In this document: piece after piece, positions 61,142-64,000 of the stretch
How the letters are laid out: every line of letters begins with the position of its first letter
How positions within the stretch are numbered: the first letter of the stretch is position 1
Source: Marsupella aquatica
Lineage: Eukaryota > Plantae > Marchantiophyta
Length of the DNA: 64,000 bases
Reading direction: 5' to 3'
NCBI GenBank assembly: GCA_973895155.1
Contig: OZ316894.1
Coordinates: 14,337,680 to 14,401,679 of the forward strand
The notes under the pieces: generated by a model
The model's database searches: none
What the model saw: the letters and a program-made list of their open reading frames with translations, nothing else
Told to the model about the DNA's origin: nothing
Translations under genes and position numbers: made by a program

Positions 61142-62471
61142 AGCATTTTTCTATAAAAATCAAGATTTGTCCCCTATTTTCCTAGTGGAAATTGTTATAT
61201 TGGTTGACAGGTCATTGTGGTGCTTATTTCCCCCTTCTGTGGGAGTTTTGCGATCTACTATAAACATAAAAATATTCTTGAAAAAAATTGAGTTAATTTT
61301 GCTTTTGCTCATTGATCAAACTACTTGAGGCGCTATGAGTAAATTGTGAAGAGCTTAGTCTACACATAAGTTTATTTACCATAAAGGCCAGATAAGGCCT
61401 ACAAATATCTAAACATACCTTACATATTTTCTGTTTTTTTATTGAATTAAAAAAATGTTTAAAGTGACTAGCTTGAAGGAATAGAATATTAAGAGAATAC
61501 AATGAGGCTTGCAATCAATGATGGTACATGGTACCCTTGGACAAAAATGAAGAGATGGTGCCTTGACATGATACTTTTGGATAGTTGGACAGAAGTGATG
61601 ATCTGACATGGTATTTTTGTATACAAGTGTAAAACATAATATCCAAGTATATATGTGTGTTTGAGTCAAGTCTATCTAAGTTTGGTTTGTCCATGGGGGT
61701 TTCATAGACAACTACCAGTCCATCCTGGCTTTTAGTTCAGAATGTGGAGATCAAGCCTATTACCTTTTACTTAAAAAAAAGGTTTTTAGTTCAGAATGTG
61801 GAGATCAAGCCTATTACCTTTTTAATTTAAAAAAATGTTAGCTCCACTAGAATTGGAGATCAAGCCACATGCATTGGAGCATTAACGGACTGTATTTGTA
61901 GGTTACTAAGTTTTGCACCATCATCATGTGCAACAAAGTAATCTCTCAAAGGCAACCGGAGCAGTGTCACTTGTTCCTTAGTGCGTGGAGTCGGCCAGGT
62001 AGCACGGAGAGAGAGACCTCCAACAAGGAAGGATTATCTTAGTAAGTCTTAGGGCCATCTTGCATGTGTGGGTCTTTAAGTGGTCAGGTGGCTCCTTTGG
62101 AATGAGCGAGAGTTTCCTGCCTCACCCCCCCCCCCCCCACACTTGAGCCCAGTATTCACCGCTATAATGGTGGAGTTTCAAGGGCAACAGCTGGACACTT
62201 TCCGCCCTTAGGTCCTGTCCTTTGAAATCAAATAGAACAGACAGATTGAACAAGAAATGACAAAAAAGCACACACAAGAAAAAGATTAAGCAGCAATCTC
62301 GCAATTTAGGGAGTGCAAAGGTCCGATTTTTGGAAGACCTCATACGTGCAAGACAGCTATTATTTAGTAAACATTTTAGGTGCGGAAACGTCGCGACTCA
62401 ATAATAAAGCTTGGCGAAAGTAGCGACTACTGAGATGACATACCCGACCAATTCTTCTACGATTTTGAAAA

Positions 62472-62611
62472 GAGCGCGTGTTTGTCTTTAGGGAACTACA
62501 ATCCGTAAGGGAAGACAAAGGCGTTTCAGTTCGGTCCGGGAGCGCGTGTTTGTCGTATCTTTGGGGAACTACAGTCCGAAGGGAAGACAAAGGCGTTTCT
62601 GTTCGTTCGGG
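62472..62611. repeat. Two ~70-bp direct repeats, possibly within a minus-strand LTR that begins after a PPT-like AGGGGGGGAG at 63061-63070
   Basis: GAGCGCGTGTTTGTC..GGGAACTACA.TCCG.AGGGAAGACAAAGGCGTTTC.GTTCG at 62472 and 62540. The partner LTR is not in the window. Confidence 0.5.
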
Positions 62612-64000
62612 GTAAGTTGCGGATTCGTGTAAAACCAGCCCAGGAAGGAGCATATCGCACAATGTATGAGTGGGTTGATTTCAAAAAAATGTCAAGTGAT
62701 ACTAGCCAATGACATTTAGATGATTGCCAATGTTCTATGAAGGTTGGAAATACGTGCCTGGTCCTTCCGAGCGTTGAGATCGACTTTGGCACCGACTGAC
62801 GATTGCGATGCGAATAGGGGGGTGGCGCTCGATCAGGGTATTGAATCTGAACAGCCCCTGCCGTAGTTTTGCAAGTTTCTCGTAAATCTTCTCTTCTTCT
62901 CAGCGAGTTACTCCTGCGACCTTCCTTTTGAAGATTCGTTTTCTTGGTCATAGTCAATTGAGTATCCTCTGTCCAGCACCGGGGCCTTCCCAGCTGAGAT
63001 ACACAATCCTCTGTTCGGGGGTTTGGAGGGAATTGTGATTGAATTACGGTAGGCTGCAATCTCCCCCCCTCGGCTCGCGAGAAAAGATTAGGTCACAGAT
63101 TCGCCGTTAATGTTGTGCTCTAGGATGTTTGTCATCAGAGCTTTCCTTTGCTACTGGCTGAACAATGAATGATACCGTGGTACATTTGGAATCGAAGGTG
63201 CTGCTCGTGTGGTGTTAACATAGTACTCGCTCTTACTCGGTGTTCCTATTCTCAAGGCTTGGTACTGGACCTTAGGGTTAGGCCGAGCATTCTATTTGCC
63301 GAACTTCCGAACAGTTGCGAAGTACTTCCCTCATAGGCCGACGTCAAGTTTGTTGTATGGCTTGGGCACAGTTTACCCGGTGAGGGTTGCTTCACGAGTT
63401 GCAGATATCCCAGTTTTTAATTGCAGAGTTCCACTTTGAAAGAAGTGGCGAGTGGAGGTTTAGTTGACCTTACATCGCGTGTATGGTTGTATCTCTGGCC
63501 AGTGTTTCAAGGTCTCTTTGTGTTGGTCTAGAGACGCGAATGCTGTAAGTTTGATCATAATTGTTGTGCACTTTGTGTCCGCAGAACTACGTGACTCTTT
63601 GGAAGTTCTAGACCGACGCCAATAATTTTTCTCTCACATCATAGCCATAGGAAGGAGTTCGTATACTCATGACCCTCTACTAGGGAGCGGTATGTAGTTG
63701 GAATCTAAGCATGTGAAGCCCTGTACGCTTGTGTGGATTTACAGTTTTTTTTTATGCCGTGGCGTCAACATCTGCGCTCCAAGATATTTTTAAATCGCCG
63801 TTTACATGGAAGTCCTTTCGGGCCTTCTTTGATCCATCTTCTTTTTAATACCTTCGTGGCGATTTGCAGGCCTGAAGAATGGAAGGAAGTACAGATCGTG
63901 CATTTCACTGGGTGACTCTAGCATTGGCAGCTGGACTTGCAGCGGGAACTGCAGCTGCTGTAACATCAGCCGCATTTCCGTATGCTTTTGGGGCAGCCTT

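Noticed and set aside
61731-61866. Short duplication TTTAGTTCAGAATGTGGAGATCAAGCCTATTACCTTTT
   Set aside because: An ordinary local tandem duplication with no further structure.
62526-63059. 177-aa minus-strand ORF
   Set aside because: No recognisable motif and a non-ATG start. It probably lies in LTR-like non-coding DNA.

Overview
Eukaryotic DNA, most likely from a non-seed land plant (inferred from the TE lineages and GT-AG introns). The window is a nested transposon cluster with no recognisable host housekeeping gene. From left to right: (1) a DNA-transposon-like block carrying a spliced, decayed gene with a ParB/Sulfiredoxin-like DGNHR motif and a C-terminal N4/N6 (amino) DNA-methyltransferase-like fold, with 12 TAGCG-N5-CGCTA palindromes in its introns and flanks; (2) a Mutator (MULE) transposase with a SWIM finger, split by a full-length L1 LINE (17-bp TSD) and a ~3-kb solo LTR that itself contains a non-autonomous Bianca-type LTR element; (3) a Bianca-type Copia, three copies of a small 9-bp-TSD element and a truncated LINE; (4) a 26.8-kb minus-strand Ty3/gypsy element with the order gag-PR-C5 DNA methyltransferase-RT-RH-IN-PHD. 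Element (4) has a Tf1-like self-priming site and an unusual split/permuted terminal structure, A-internal-B-gc-A-B, around a palindromic ACAGCTGT junction. Nested inside it are a second gypsy whose 4-kb LTR encodes an ~880-codon protein, a 7-bp-TSD element with an RPA-like OB fold, and a second Bianca-type non-autonomous copy. All domain calls come from motif recognition by eye, with no database searches.
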